Part shown: in pieces, positions 1 to 8,980 of the stretch
Numbering within the stretch: the first letter of the stretch is position 1
Layout: each line of letters opens with the position of its first letter
Assembly (NCBI GenBank): GCA_044339125.1
Contig: JBIIWB010000006.1
Span: forward strand, 24,428 to 88,427
DNA: 64,000 nucleotides
Source of the DNA: Rhizomicrobium sp.
GTDB lineage: Bacteria; Pseudomonadota; Alphaproteobacteria; Micropepsales; Micropepsaceae
Direction: 5' to 3'
Position numbers and translations under genes: made by a program
The notes under the pieces: model-generated
Databases searched by the model: none
Told to the model about the DNA's origin: nothing
Seen by the model: the letters and a program-made list of their open reading frames with translations, nothing else

Positions 1-453
1 GGCATTGCCCTCCGCCGTCACCGGATAATTCTTGGCGACGGTTTGCAGCGACTCCGCGGTGGGCACGGCCGGAATGGCGGCGGCGTCGGTGGTCGGGGCC
101 GCGCCGGTGGAAGGCGCAGCCGCAGGCGCATTGCGGGCCACCGTGGTGGGGGCGTCGCTGGTGGGCGGCGCGTCGCCCGCGACGGCAGGCACAGCGGCAT
201 TTGGGTTGGGGGCAGCCGGGCGCGCGGCCGGAGCCGGGGCAAAGGTGGGGGCCGAGGCCATGGGGGCGGCGTCGCTGGTGGGCGGGGCATCTGCCGCAGG
301 GGCCGGGCGAGAGGCCACAGGGGCGGGCGCGGCGGCCACAGGGGCTGGGCGGGCGCCGGGGGCTGGCGGCACCGCCGGGACGGCGGGCTGGGCCAGGGCG
401 GGGCTAGCCAGGGCGGCGAGGAGGGGCAGGGCAATCAGGGAGCGGATCAACAT
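1..453 (-). CDS. exported Ala/Pro-rich protein, 5' part only (gene continues past the left edge)
   Basis: Absent from the ORF track because no stop lies in the window. The minus-strand ATG at 453 opens a frame that I checked codon by codon to position 1 (151 codons, no stop). It reads MLIRSLIALPLLAALASPALAQPAVPAVPP...IPAVPTAESLQTVAKNYPVTAEGNA. It has a Sec-type signal peptide, then an A/P/T-rich linker with a repeated DAPPTSDA unit. Confidence 0.5.
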   Translation of the reverse strand, partial: MLIRSLIALPLLAALASPALAQPAVPAVPPAPGARPAPVAAAPAPVASRPAPAADAPPTSDAAPMASAPTFAPAPAARPAAPNPNAAVPAVAGDAPPTSDAPTTVARNAPAAAPSTGAAPTTDAAAIPAVPTAESLQTVAKNYPVTAEGNA

Positions 454-685
454 GGCCGGTCTTTTAGCGGGTAAGGAGCGCCCCGGCAAAGCCGGGGGGA
501 AACGGTCCAGTGGACCGTTTCCAGCGACGAACGCCCGAAGCGTAAGCGAAGGGCAGGGCCAAATTGTGAGCGGGGCGCTTTTGGCCGCAGCCCGCCCCAA
601 TTCGGGCACCAAGACCTGGCCCCAAGACCCGGCCCCGGTCCCCGGCAAAACCCCAAGGGGTTGATATTCGTTTTGCGATTGTGTG

Positions 686-701
686 CCCCCCCCCCCCCCC
701 C
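686..701. repeat. C16 homopolymer tract (G16 on minus strand), intergenic
   Basis: Counted directly: 16 consecutive C at 686-701, followed by TCCCC. Confidence 0.95.
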
Positions 702-835
702 TCCCCTGAGGGGAAGCGCGGCGCGACGGTGAAAAGGCAGAACATACATGCCGCGATTTTATCACGGCCGGGATGTGGCCTGAAGCCAGGGGGATAAGTT
801 GTAATGCTGCGGACAGGCGCAGTTACGGCGCGCTG

Positions 836-1069
836 CTACAGACGCCACGACAGGGCGAACTGATAGGCGGCATCGGCGCTTTCGATTCTCCCATCGTGAA
901 GGTCGAGCTCATCCGCCGCGTCATTCATCTTTATGGAGAACCACGCCAACTCGGTGTTGGCCGCGCTGGTGCGGAAATCCGTCGCGATGCGACGCAGGGC
1001 CAGCGATTCCGTTGTTATCGACGTTTCCATGGGAGAGAGAACGGGCAGGTGCGCTTTATTGTTCCGCAT
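836..1069 (-). CDS. small hypothetical protein (alternative start ATG 1030, 64 aa)
   Basis: Tracked ORF of 77 aa. Third-codon positions are mostly G/C, as in the real genes here. There is no recognisable domain and no clear RBS for either start. Confidence 0.3.
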   Translation of the reverse strand: MRNNKAHLPVLSPMETSITTESLALRRIATDFRTSAANTELAWFSIKMNDAADELDLHDGRIESADAAYQFALSWRL

Positions 1070-1071
1070 AC

Positions 1072-1100
1072 GGCAATCAAGGCGCGCCGCCTTGATTGCC
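1072..1100 (-). terminator. perfect 11-bp stem hairpin downstream of the K+ channel gene
   Basis: GGCAATCAAGG-cgcgccg-CCTTGATTGCC lies 21 nt after the channel stop. No clear U-tract on the minus strand, so terminator function is uncertain. Confidence 0.35.
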
Positions 1101-1120
1101 TGATGTTTCGCGCACCCGCG

Positions 1121-1891
1121 CTAGTCGTTCTCGTCGATGATGCAGATCAGCGCACCACAGGCCTTGCAGTGCACGGCGTCATAATCGTGCCGCACCAGGC
1201 CGCAACTGGGGCAGGGATGGCGCACCTTGCTCGGTCGCATGGAGAGCTGGATCAGGCGGAAGAACAGCGAGACGCCGCCGATCATGATCAGGATGGAGAT
1301 CAGGCGGCCTGCCACGCCGGGCAGCACGATGTCGCCAAAGCCGGTTGTGGTCAGCGTGGTGACGGTGAAATAGAGCGAGTCGATGTATGAGCCGATGGCC
1401 GGCAGCCTTGCGGCGAAGATGCTGTGCACCAGCCCCGCCATGACGAAGACGAAGACCAGCAGGTTGACCGCTGCCTTGACGGTGTCGGCGACGGGGGTAT
1501 CGCGATAGCGCCCACCCGCCAGCACGCGCCAGAAGGCGGCTTCGTGGATCAGGGAATAGGCGCGCAGCGCCCGCAGGAAGCCCAGATTGATGCCATAGAA
1601 AGGCACGACCAGCGACAGGAGCACCGCCAGGTCGGCCCAGAAGAGCGGGCGCTTGAGCCACTGCTTGATGTCGCCATAGGTCCAGGCGCGCAGCACCATG
1701 TCGGCCAGCAGCAGGGCGGCGATCAGGTAATCGATGGCATAGAAGACCGCAGTGTGGGGGACAAAGGGCGCGGCGATGAAGAAGGCGATGACGCAAAGAT
1801 CGAAGATGATCCACATGCCCTGGAAGCGCAGGGCATAACTGCCCTCGCCGAAATAGAGCTCGCGTAGCTGGGCGCGGTTGGGCAGGGCCAT
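1121..1891 (-). CDS. voltage-gated-type (6-TM) potassium channel with C-terminal zinc-ribbon
   Basis: Selectivity filter TTLTTTGFGDIV, an S4-like FLRALRAYSL segment, and a C-terminal CPSC...CKAC motif. I moved the start from 1966 to ATG 1891 (AAGGAA 4 nt upstream) because the 1966 ATG sits at the edge of the groEL terminator hairpin. Confidence 0.8.
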   Translation of the reverse strand: MALPNRAQLRELYFGEGSYALRFQGMWIIFDLCVIAFFIAAPFVPHTAVFYAIDYLIAALLLADMVLRAWTYGDIKQWLKRPLFWADLAVLLSLVVPFYGINLGFLRALRAYSLIHEAAFWRVLAGGRYRDTPVADTVKAAVNLLVFVFVMAGLVHSIFAARLPAIGSYIDSLYFTVTTLTTTGFGDIVLPGVAGRLISILIMIGGVSLFFRLIQLSMRPSKVRHPCPSCGLVRHDYDAVHCKACGALICIIDEND

Positions 1892-1934
1892 CTGATTCCT
1901 TTTGGGCGATGGTGCCCGTGCGGGGCGGGCAATG

Positions 1935-1962
1935 AAAAGGGCCGGATTGCTCCGGCCCTTTT
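1935..1962 (-). terminator. rho-independent terminator of groESL
   Basis: GGGCCGG-attgct-CCGGCCC (1939-1958) is flanked by A4/T4 runs. On the minus strand the hairpin is followed by TTTTC, 29 nt after the groEL stop. Confidence 0.7.
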
Positions 1963-1990
1963 GCATTGGAATGTTGGCGGACGCCGTGGA

Positions 1991-3652
<1,662 letters not shown>

Positions 3653-3697
3653 CTAGATTCTGTTTTTGGATTTTGTGGCGGTGGGTATTGAGGGCGA

Positions 3698-4006
3698 TTA
3701 CTTCTTCGACGCCTTGCGGCCTTCGAGCACGCCCATAATGTCGCTCTCCTTCATGATCAGGAGATCCTCGCCATCGATCTTGACCTCGGTGCCCGACCAC
3801 TTGCCGAACAGCACGAACTCGCCGGCCTTGACGCTGGTGGGAACCAGCTTGCCGTTATTGTCGGGGGCGCCGGGGCCGACGGAGACGACTTCGCCTTCCT
3901 GTGGCTTCTCGGCGACGGTGTCGGGAATGATGATGCCGCCAGCGGTCTTCTGGTCTTCTTTGAGGCGGCGGACAACGACGCGGTCGCCAAGTGGACGGAA
4001 CTTCAT
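3698..4006 (-). CDS. groES: co-chaperonin GroES
   Basis: 102 aa, [31 protein letters not shown]... It lies directly upstream of groEL, with a GAGGA RBS. Confidence 0.98.
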   Translation of the reverse strand: MKFRPLGDRVVVRRLKEDQKTAGGIIIPDTVAEKPQEGEVVSVGPGAPDNNGKLVPTSVKAGEFVLFGKWSGTEVKIDGEDLLIMKESDIMGVLEGRKASKK

Positions 4007-4055
4007 GAGGAATCCTCTCTTCTAGTGGTCTGAATTCATTTGACATTCACGCGCA

Positions 4056-4083
4056 GGCAGCACTCAGCCATGGCGAGTGCCAA
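4056..4083 (-). promoter_or_regulatory. CIRCE operator (HrcA site) in the groESL leader
   Basis: The minus strand reads TTGGCACTC-gccatggct-GAGTGCTGCC. Compare the consensus TTAGCACTC-N9-GAGTGCTAA, with the same 9-nt spacer. It lies 50 nt upstream of the groES ATG. Confidence 0.8.
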
Positions 4084-4097
4084 CCCGGCACGCCCGG

Positions 4098-4127
4098 TAT
4101 TTAGGCTCCCCCTCGGGAAGGATCAAG
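4098..4127 (-). promoter_or_regulatory. candidate sigma-32 (RpoH)-type promoter of groESL
   Basis: The minus strand reads CTTGAT-N16-CCTAAATA just upstream of CIRCE. It resembles the CTTGAA/CCCCATNT-type heat-shock promoter. Match judged by eye only. Confidence 0.4.
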
Positions 4128-4269
4128 GGCCGGGCGCACCGAAACCTGGGATACCGGGCGGGCGGACCCGCGTTCTCAATACCGGAGAGGTTAATGCCCG
4201 TTCATGCTGGGTTCAGCCGCAGCGACCGATATTCCCGGCCTGGGCAGGGCAGAGTGAGAGGAGTTTGAG

Positions 4270-4590
4270 ATGAAGACCTTCAGCAAGATCGCCCCGAAAT
4301 TGATCATCGGCGCCGCCATGCTGGTCGGCGCCACCATCGCCACCGCCGCCCCCGCCGCCGCGCAGTCCTTCGGCTTCAGCCTTGGCGGCCTCGGCTATTC
4401 CCTGAACTACAATGATGGCTATGGCGGCTATTACGGGAATTATTATGGCCGCCCGAGCTACGGCTACTATGGCAGCCCTTATTACTATGACTATCCGCGT
4501 CCCTATTACGGCCGTCCGGCCTATTATGGGCGTTCCTATTATGGTGGTCGTCCCTCTTACGGCAGGCCGTATCGCGGCTATCGCCGTTAA
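4270..4590 (+). CDS. small secreted Tyr/Gly/Arg/Pro-rich low-complexity protein
   Basis: GAGGAG RBS. Signal peptide MKTFSKIAPKLIIGAAMLVGATIATAAPAAA-QS. The mature part is made of YYGRP(S/A)Y-like units, with 23 Tyr by my count. Confidence 0.6.
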   Translation: MKTFSKIAPKLIIGAAMLVGATIATAAPAAAQSFGFSLGGLGYSLNYNDGYGGYYGNYYGRPSYGYYGSPYYYDYPRPYYGRPAYYGRSYYGGRPSYGRPYRGYRR

Positions 4591-4656
4591 AATCTGACAG
4601 ACGACAGAAGCGGCTCCGGTGAAAACCGGGGCAGCTTCGCTTCAGGAGAAACGCAA

Positions 4657-5301
4657 ATGAAGACGATCTGGAAAGCGGCGCTGGGCGTCACCGCGCTGGG
4701 AATGCTGGGGGCGTGCCAGCCCTATGACGGCTATGGCGGCGGCTATTATGGCGGCGGCGCAGGCTATGGCTATTGCGATGGCTATGGCTGCCCGGACAAT
4801 TACTGGGACCAGCCGCTCTATTACGGCTCGGTCTATTATGGCGGCCGCTGGAACAATGGGCCCTTCTATTACCGCGACTGGAATGGCGGCCGTCAGTACT
4901 GGCTGGGCGGCAGCTGGCGCAACGACGATTGGCGCGGGGCGCGGCCGCAACAATATCGCGATGGCCGTTACGGCCCGGCGCTGGGCCGCGAATGGTATCG
5001 CAACAATCGGCCGGGCTTCGACCGCAACAATGATGGCCGCCCGGACTTCAATCTGAGTGGAGGGCGCGGCGGACGCGGCCCCAACATCGATCGCAACAAT
5101 GATGGACGGCCCGATTTCAGACGCGGTATTGGCCGCAACCAGGGCGAGGTTCAGCAGAACCGCCGAAGCTATCCGGATCGCAGCGGTCGCGTCTCGGGCG
5201 AGCGCCCGCAGGCGCCGCAGGCAGGGCCGCGCGGCGATGGCGGCCCGCGCGGCGGCGGCCCACGCGGCGAGGGAAGATCCCGCGGCGCGCCACAGCAGTA
5301 A
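4657..5301 (+). CDS. lipoprotein with Tyr/Gly-rich N-region, two DRNNDGRPDF repeats and an RGG-like tail
   Basis: AGGAG RBS and lipobox LGAC (MKTIWKAALGVTALGMLGAC). Contains GYGGGYYGGGAGYGY and two copies of DRNNDGRPDF (a DxNxDG Ca-loop-like motif). The C-terminus reads GPRGDGGPRGGGPRGEGRSRG. Confidence 0.65.
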   Translation: MKTIWKAALGVTALGMLGACQPYDGYGGGYYGGGAGYGYCDGYGCPDNYWDQPLYYGSVYYGGRWNNGPFYYRDWNGGRQYWLGGSWRNDDWRGARPQQYRDGRYGPALGREWYRNNRPGFDRNNDGRPDFNLSGGRGGRGPNIDRNNDGRPDFRRGIGRNQGEVQQNRRSYPDRSGRVSGERPQAPQAGPRGDGGPRGGGPRGEGRSRGAPQQ

Positions 5302-5312
5302 GTAAACAGAAT

Positions 5313-5352
5313 CCTAACGCCGGGGTGCGAACCGCTCCGGCGTTAGGTTTCC
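5313..5352 (+). terminator. rho-independent terminator after the lipoprotein gene
   Basis: CCTAACGCCGG-13 nt loop-CCGGCGTTAGG, followed by TTTCC. Confidence 0.6.
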
Positions 5353-5395
5353 ACGGTTAAGACTTTGGAAACAGGCGCGCGGCAATAATTGCCGC

Positions 5396-6631
5396 ATGAC
5401 CAAGGTTCTCATCAACCTCAGCGCTTTCTTCGCCTGCGCCTTTCTGGGCGCGTCACTGGTGCTGTTCACCGGCTGGCCGCTGGCGCTGCTGTCGACCATC
5501 GTCGCCTTTCTGGGCACACAGCAGGTTTCCGCCACGCTGGCGCGCCGCCGCGACAAGCGCGCCATGGCGCGCGAATTCGCGCAACTCCGCCAGATGACGC
5601 TGGAGTTCCAGGGCCAGATCAGCGAGACGCGCGAACGCATGGGCGCGATCAACAACCTCATCGACGAGCGCACCAGCGCCCAGAGCCGCAAGATCGTGGC
5701 CGAGCTGAAGGTGCTGGAAAGCCTGATGCGCGATTTCGCGGGCAAGATCTCGCGCACCGCGACGCCGGTTCAGGTCAACCGCATTCCGTCCACTGGCCTC
5801 GCCGCCGCCTATATCTCCACCTTCGGCGACAAGAGTGAATTGCTGGAAACCATCCGCGCCAGCCTGGAAGAAAACCGCGTCGATCTCTATCTGCAGCCCA
5901 TCGTCAGCCTGCCGCAGCGCAAGCTGCGCTATTACGAGGCGCTGTCGCGCCTGCGCGATGCGGGCGGGCAGGTGATCATGCCGTCGGAATACATGAACGT
6001 CGCCGCCGCGGCGGGCCTGATGTCGGTGGTGGACAATCTGCTGCTGTTCCGCTGTGTCCAGGTGCTGCGCCGCCTTGCCGCCAAGACGCGTGAGATCGGC
6101 ATCTTCTGCAACATCTCCGCCGACACGCTGGCCGATGCCGAATTCTTCCCCCAGTTCCTCGACTATATGGCGGCCAACCGCGACCTGTCGGCGCTGATCA
6201 TCTTCGAATTCTCGCAGGAAGCCGTGCTGAAGGCCGGTCCGGTGGGCGAGCAGAACCTGGCGCGCCTGTCGGAGATGGGCTTCGCGCTTTCGATGGACCA
6301 TGTCGAAACGCTGGCGCTGGACTTCGTCAAGCTCAAGAGCATCGGCTTCCGCCATCTCAAGGTGCGCGCCACCACCATGGTGCAGGGCATGAGCGGCGCG
6401 GGCGCCGCCGTCGCCGCCGAGGATTTCAAGAAGCTGCTGTCGCGCCACGGCCTCAACCTGATCGCCGAGCGGGTCGAGGACGAAAAGACCGTGCTGCAGC
6501 TGCTGGACTATGCCGTGGACTTCGCCCAGGGCTATCTGTTCGGCGAACCCCGCGCAGTGCGCGACGATATCGCCAAGCCGGTCCTGCCGGACCGCGATGC
6601 GCCTGTTATTCCGTTCAAAAAAGCCAGCTAG
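5396..6631 (+). CDS. membrane-anchored coiled-coil protein with degenerate EAL domain (TipF-like architecture)
   Basis: N-terminal hydrophobic segments and a heptad-like region. The EAL motif is present (YYEALSRLR), but the DDFGTG position reads SMDHVETL and the K-x-D position reads LKVRA. Confidence 0.85.
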   Translation: MTKVLINLSAFFACAFLGASLVLFTGWPLALLSTIVAFLGTQQVSATLARRRDKRAMAREFAQLRQMTLEFQGQISETRERMGAINNLIDERTSAQSRKIVAELKVLESLMRDFAGKISRTATPVQVNRIPSTGLAAAYISTFGDKSELLETIRASLEENRVDLYLQPIVSLPQRKLRYYEALSRLRDAGGQVIMPSEYMNVAAAAGLMSVVDNLLLFRCVQVLRRLAAKTREIGIFCNISADTLADAEFFPQFLDYMAANRDLSALIIFEFSQEAVLKAGPVGEQNLARLSEMGFALSMDHVETLALDFVKLKSIGFRHLKVRATTMVQGMSGAGAAVAAEDFKKLLSRHGLNLIAERVEDEKTVLQLLDYAVDFAQGYLFGEPRAVRDDIAKPVLPDRDAPVIPFKKAS

Positions 6632-6681
6632 GCGTTTTGCGGCGTTGACGGCCCGGACGAGCCATGTCATCGGCTTGAGTC

Positions 6682-7533
6682 ATGACCACGCGCCTGCTTT
6701 CCGGCCTCTCCGACATCGCGCCCGGCTATGACGCACTGATTTGTGACGTCTGGGGCGTGGTGCATGACGGCCATCGCGCCCATGACGTTGCCTGCGACGC
6801 GCTGCGCCGTTTCCGCCAGACGCGCGGGCCGGTGGTGCTGCTGACCAATGCGCCGCGCGTGCCGTCGGCCGTGGAAGAGCAATTCGCGGGCTTGGCAGTG
6901 CCGCCCGACTGTTACGATGTCATCGTCAGTTCCGGCGGCGCGGCCCGCGCCGAGATGGCGCGCCGCGCCACGAGCGGCACGCTGCCCTTCTATTATCTGG
7001 GCACCGGCCGCGACACGTCCATCTTCGACGGCCTGGATGTGGAGATCGCGCCGCTGGACGCCGCCACGGTGATGCTCTGCACCGGCATGCGCGACGACGA
7101 CAATGAAGTGCCCGCCGATTACGCCGAAGAACTGGCGCGGGTGCAGGCCAAGGGCCTGACCATGCTCTGCGCCAATCCCGATCTGGTGGTGCACCGGGGC
7201 AAGCGGCTCTACTGGTGCGCCGGCGCGCTGGCCCTCGACTATGCCGCCATCGGCGGCGAGGTGATCTATTACGGCAAGCCGCACGGGCCGGTCTATGACA
7301 TGGCGCGCAGCGAGATCGCGGCTTTGGCCCCGTCCGCCAGCCGCTTCCTGGCCATCGGCGACGGCATGCCCACCGACATCAAGGGCGCCAACGGACAGGG
7401 GCTGGATGTGCTTTTCATCGCCGACGGCATTCACGGCGAGGACGTCGAGCCTTATAACCCGGAGCATGTGACCGCATTGCTGGGGGGCGGCGGGACACAC
7501 GCCGCCTATGCCTTGCGCGCCCTCAAATGGTAA
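6682..7533 (+). CDS. HAD-superfamily hydrolase (TIGR01459-like subfamily IIA)
   Basis: 283 aa. It has the N-terminal CDVWGVVHDG nucleophile motif and the C-terminal AIGDGMPTDIKGA motif typical of this HAD subfamily. Confidence 0.85.
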   Translation: MTTRLLSGLSDIAPGYDALICDVWGVVHDGHRAHDVACDALRRFRQTRGPVVLLTNAPRVPSAVEEQFAGLAVPPDCYDVIVSSGGAARAEMARRATSGTLPFYYLGTGRDTSIFDGLDVEIAPLDAATVMLCTGMRDDDNEVPADYAEELARVQAKGLTMLCANPDLVVHRGKRLYWCAGALALDYAAIGGEVIYYGKPHGPVYDMARSEIAALAPSASRFLAIGDGMPTDIKGANGQGLDVLFIADGIHGEDVEPYNPEHVTALLGGGGTHAAYALRALKW

Positions 7534-7537
7534 TGCG

Positions 7538-7954
7538 ATGACGGTCTATCTCGAAGACATCAAGGTTGGGCAGTCGGATTCCTATACCCGCACCGTCACA
7601 GAACGCGACATCCAGCTTTTCGGCGAGGCCACCGGCGACATGAACCCGGTGCATTTCGATGAAGACTATGCCCGCAAGACCATCTTTCGCGGCCGCGTCG
7701 CCCATGGCGCGCTGACCATCGGCTTTCTCTCCGCCCTGCTGGGGACGCAGTTGCCGGGCGCGGGCACCATCTTCCAGAGCGCCACTATCGCGTTCAAGGG
7801 CCCGGTGCGGATCGGCGATACGGTGACGGTCACCGCCACGGTGCAGGCGGTCGAGGGCCGCGTCGCCCTGATCAACTGCATCTGCACCGTGGGCGAAGTG
7901 GTGGTGATGGAATCCGACGTCAAGGTTCTCGTGCCGAAAAAGCCGAAAGCGTAA
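7538..7954 (+). CDS. MaoC-like (R)-specific enoyl-CoA hydratase/dehydratase
   Basis: The hot-dog fold signature DMNPVHFDEDYARKTIFRGRVAHG is present. I moved the start to ATG 7538 to avoid overlapping the HAD gene. Confidence 0.85.
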   Translation: MTVYLEDIKVGQSDSYTRTVTERDIQLFGEATGDMNPVHFDEDYARKTIFRGRVAHGALTIGFLSALLGTQLPGAGTIFQSATIAFKGPVRIGDTVTVTATVQAVEGRVALINCICTVGEVVVMESDVKVLVPKKPKA

Positions 7955-8955
7955 TGCGCATCTTTCGTCATTTCAGCGATGTGCCGCCGCCTTTGCGCGG
8001 CGCTGTCGTGGCGGTGGGCAATTTCGACGGTGTCCATCTGGGCCATCGTGCTCTGATTGGTGAAGCGGCGCGGCAGGCAAGGGCCTCGGGCGCGCCCATG
8101 GCCGTGCTGGCCTTCGAGCCGCATCCGCAGGAATTCTTCCGTCCGTCGCCCGAAAGCTTCCGCCTGACGCCGCTGCGCACCAAGGCGCGGCTGATCGCCG
8201 AACTGGGGGCCGACGCCTTTTTCGCGCTGCCCTTCGACGCCGCCATGGCGGCGCGCACCGCCGATGTCTTTGTCCGCGAGGTGCTGGTCGAAGGTCTGGG
8301 CGTGTCCGGCGTGGTGGTGGGCGAGGATTTCGTCTTCGGCAAGGGCCGCGGCGGCAATCTCCAGACCTTGAAGGACGAAGGCGCGCGCCACGGGTTTTCC
8401 GTCACCGCCTTCCATACGGTTCTCGCCAATGCCGCCGCCGCAGGCGAAAAAACCGAGAAGATTTCCTCCACCCGCATCCGCGATGCCCTGAAGGCGGCGC
8501 ATCCGCAGGAAGCCGCCAAGCTGCTGGGCCGCCACTGGGCGGTGGAAGCCCGGGTCGAGCATGGCGACGGGCGCGGCCGTCTGATGGGGTTCCCCACCGC
8601 CAACATGCATCTGGGTCACTGCCTGGCGCCGGCCTTCGGCGTCTATGCCGTGCGCGCCAGCATCGTGGAGAACGGCCAGGTGCCCAATGGTGAGATAAGC
8701 GCGCGCCATGACGGCGTCGCCAATTTCGGCATCCGGCCCATGTATGAAGTGACGGTGCCGCTGATGGAGACCCACCTGTTCGATTTCGACGGCGATCTCT
8801 ATGGCAAGCATCTGTCGGTGGAGCTGGTGGACTATATGCGCCCCGAGATGCGCTTCTCCGGCATGCCCGGCCTGATCGCCCAGATCGCCGAGGATGCCCA
8901 GCGGGCCCGGGAAATCCTGGCCAAGTGTCCCCGGCTGCCCGCGCTGGACGCTTAA
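7954..8955 (+). CDS. ribF: bifunctional riboflavin kinase / FMN adenylyltransferase
   Basis: 333 aa. Contains VVAVGNFDGVHLGHRALI and the C-terminal riboflavin kinase region (GFPTANM). TAATG overlap with the upstream gene. Confidence 0.95.
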   Translation: MRIFRHFSDVPPPLRGAVVAVGNFDGVHLGHRALIGEAARQARASGAPMAVLAFEPHPQEFFRPSPESFRLTPLRTKARLIAELGADAFFALPFDAAMAARTADVFVREVLVEGLGVSGVVVGEDFVFGKGRGGNLQTLKDEGARHGFSVTAFHTVLANAAAAGEKTEKISSTRIRDALKAAHPQEAAKLLGRHWAVEARVEHGDGRGRLMGFPTANMHLGHCLAPAFGVYAVRASIVENGQVPNGEISARHDGVANFGIRPMYEVTVPLMETHLFDFDGDLYGKHLSVELVDYMRPEMRFSGMPGLIAQIAEDAQRAREILAKCPRLPALDA

Positions 8956-8980
8956 TCCCGGGCGGGATAGAAGCGTCCCC

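Noticed and set aside
1-460. GC-rich imperfect repeats with a ~118-bp period (GCGTCGCTGGTGGGCGG...), considered as a tandem repeat or CRISPR-like array.
   Set aside because: There are only two diverged units and they lie inside a continuous open reading frame, where they encode the repeated DAPPTSDA segment of an Ala/Pro-rich exported protein. There is no spacer/repeat architecture.
4412-5056. Alternative-frame ORFs over the Tyr/Gly-rich genes (4412-4597(+), 4724-5056(+), 4773-5033(+), 4642-4953(-)).
   Set aside because: Only the chosen frames start with an RBS plus a signal peptide or lipobox. The others are Met/Ala/Ile/Thr-rich shadows of the TAT/GGC repeat DNA.
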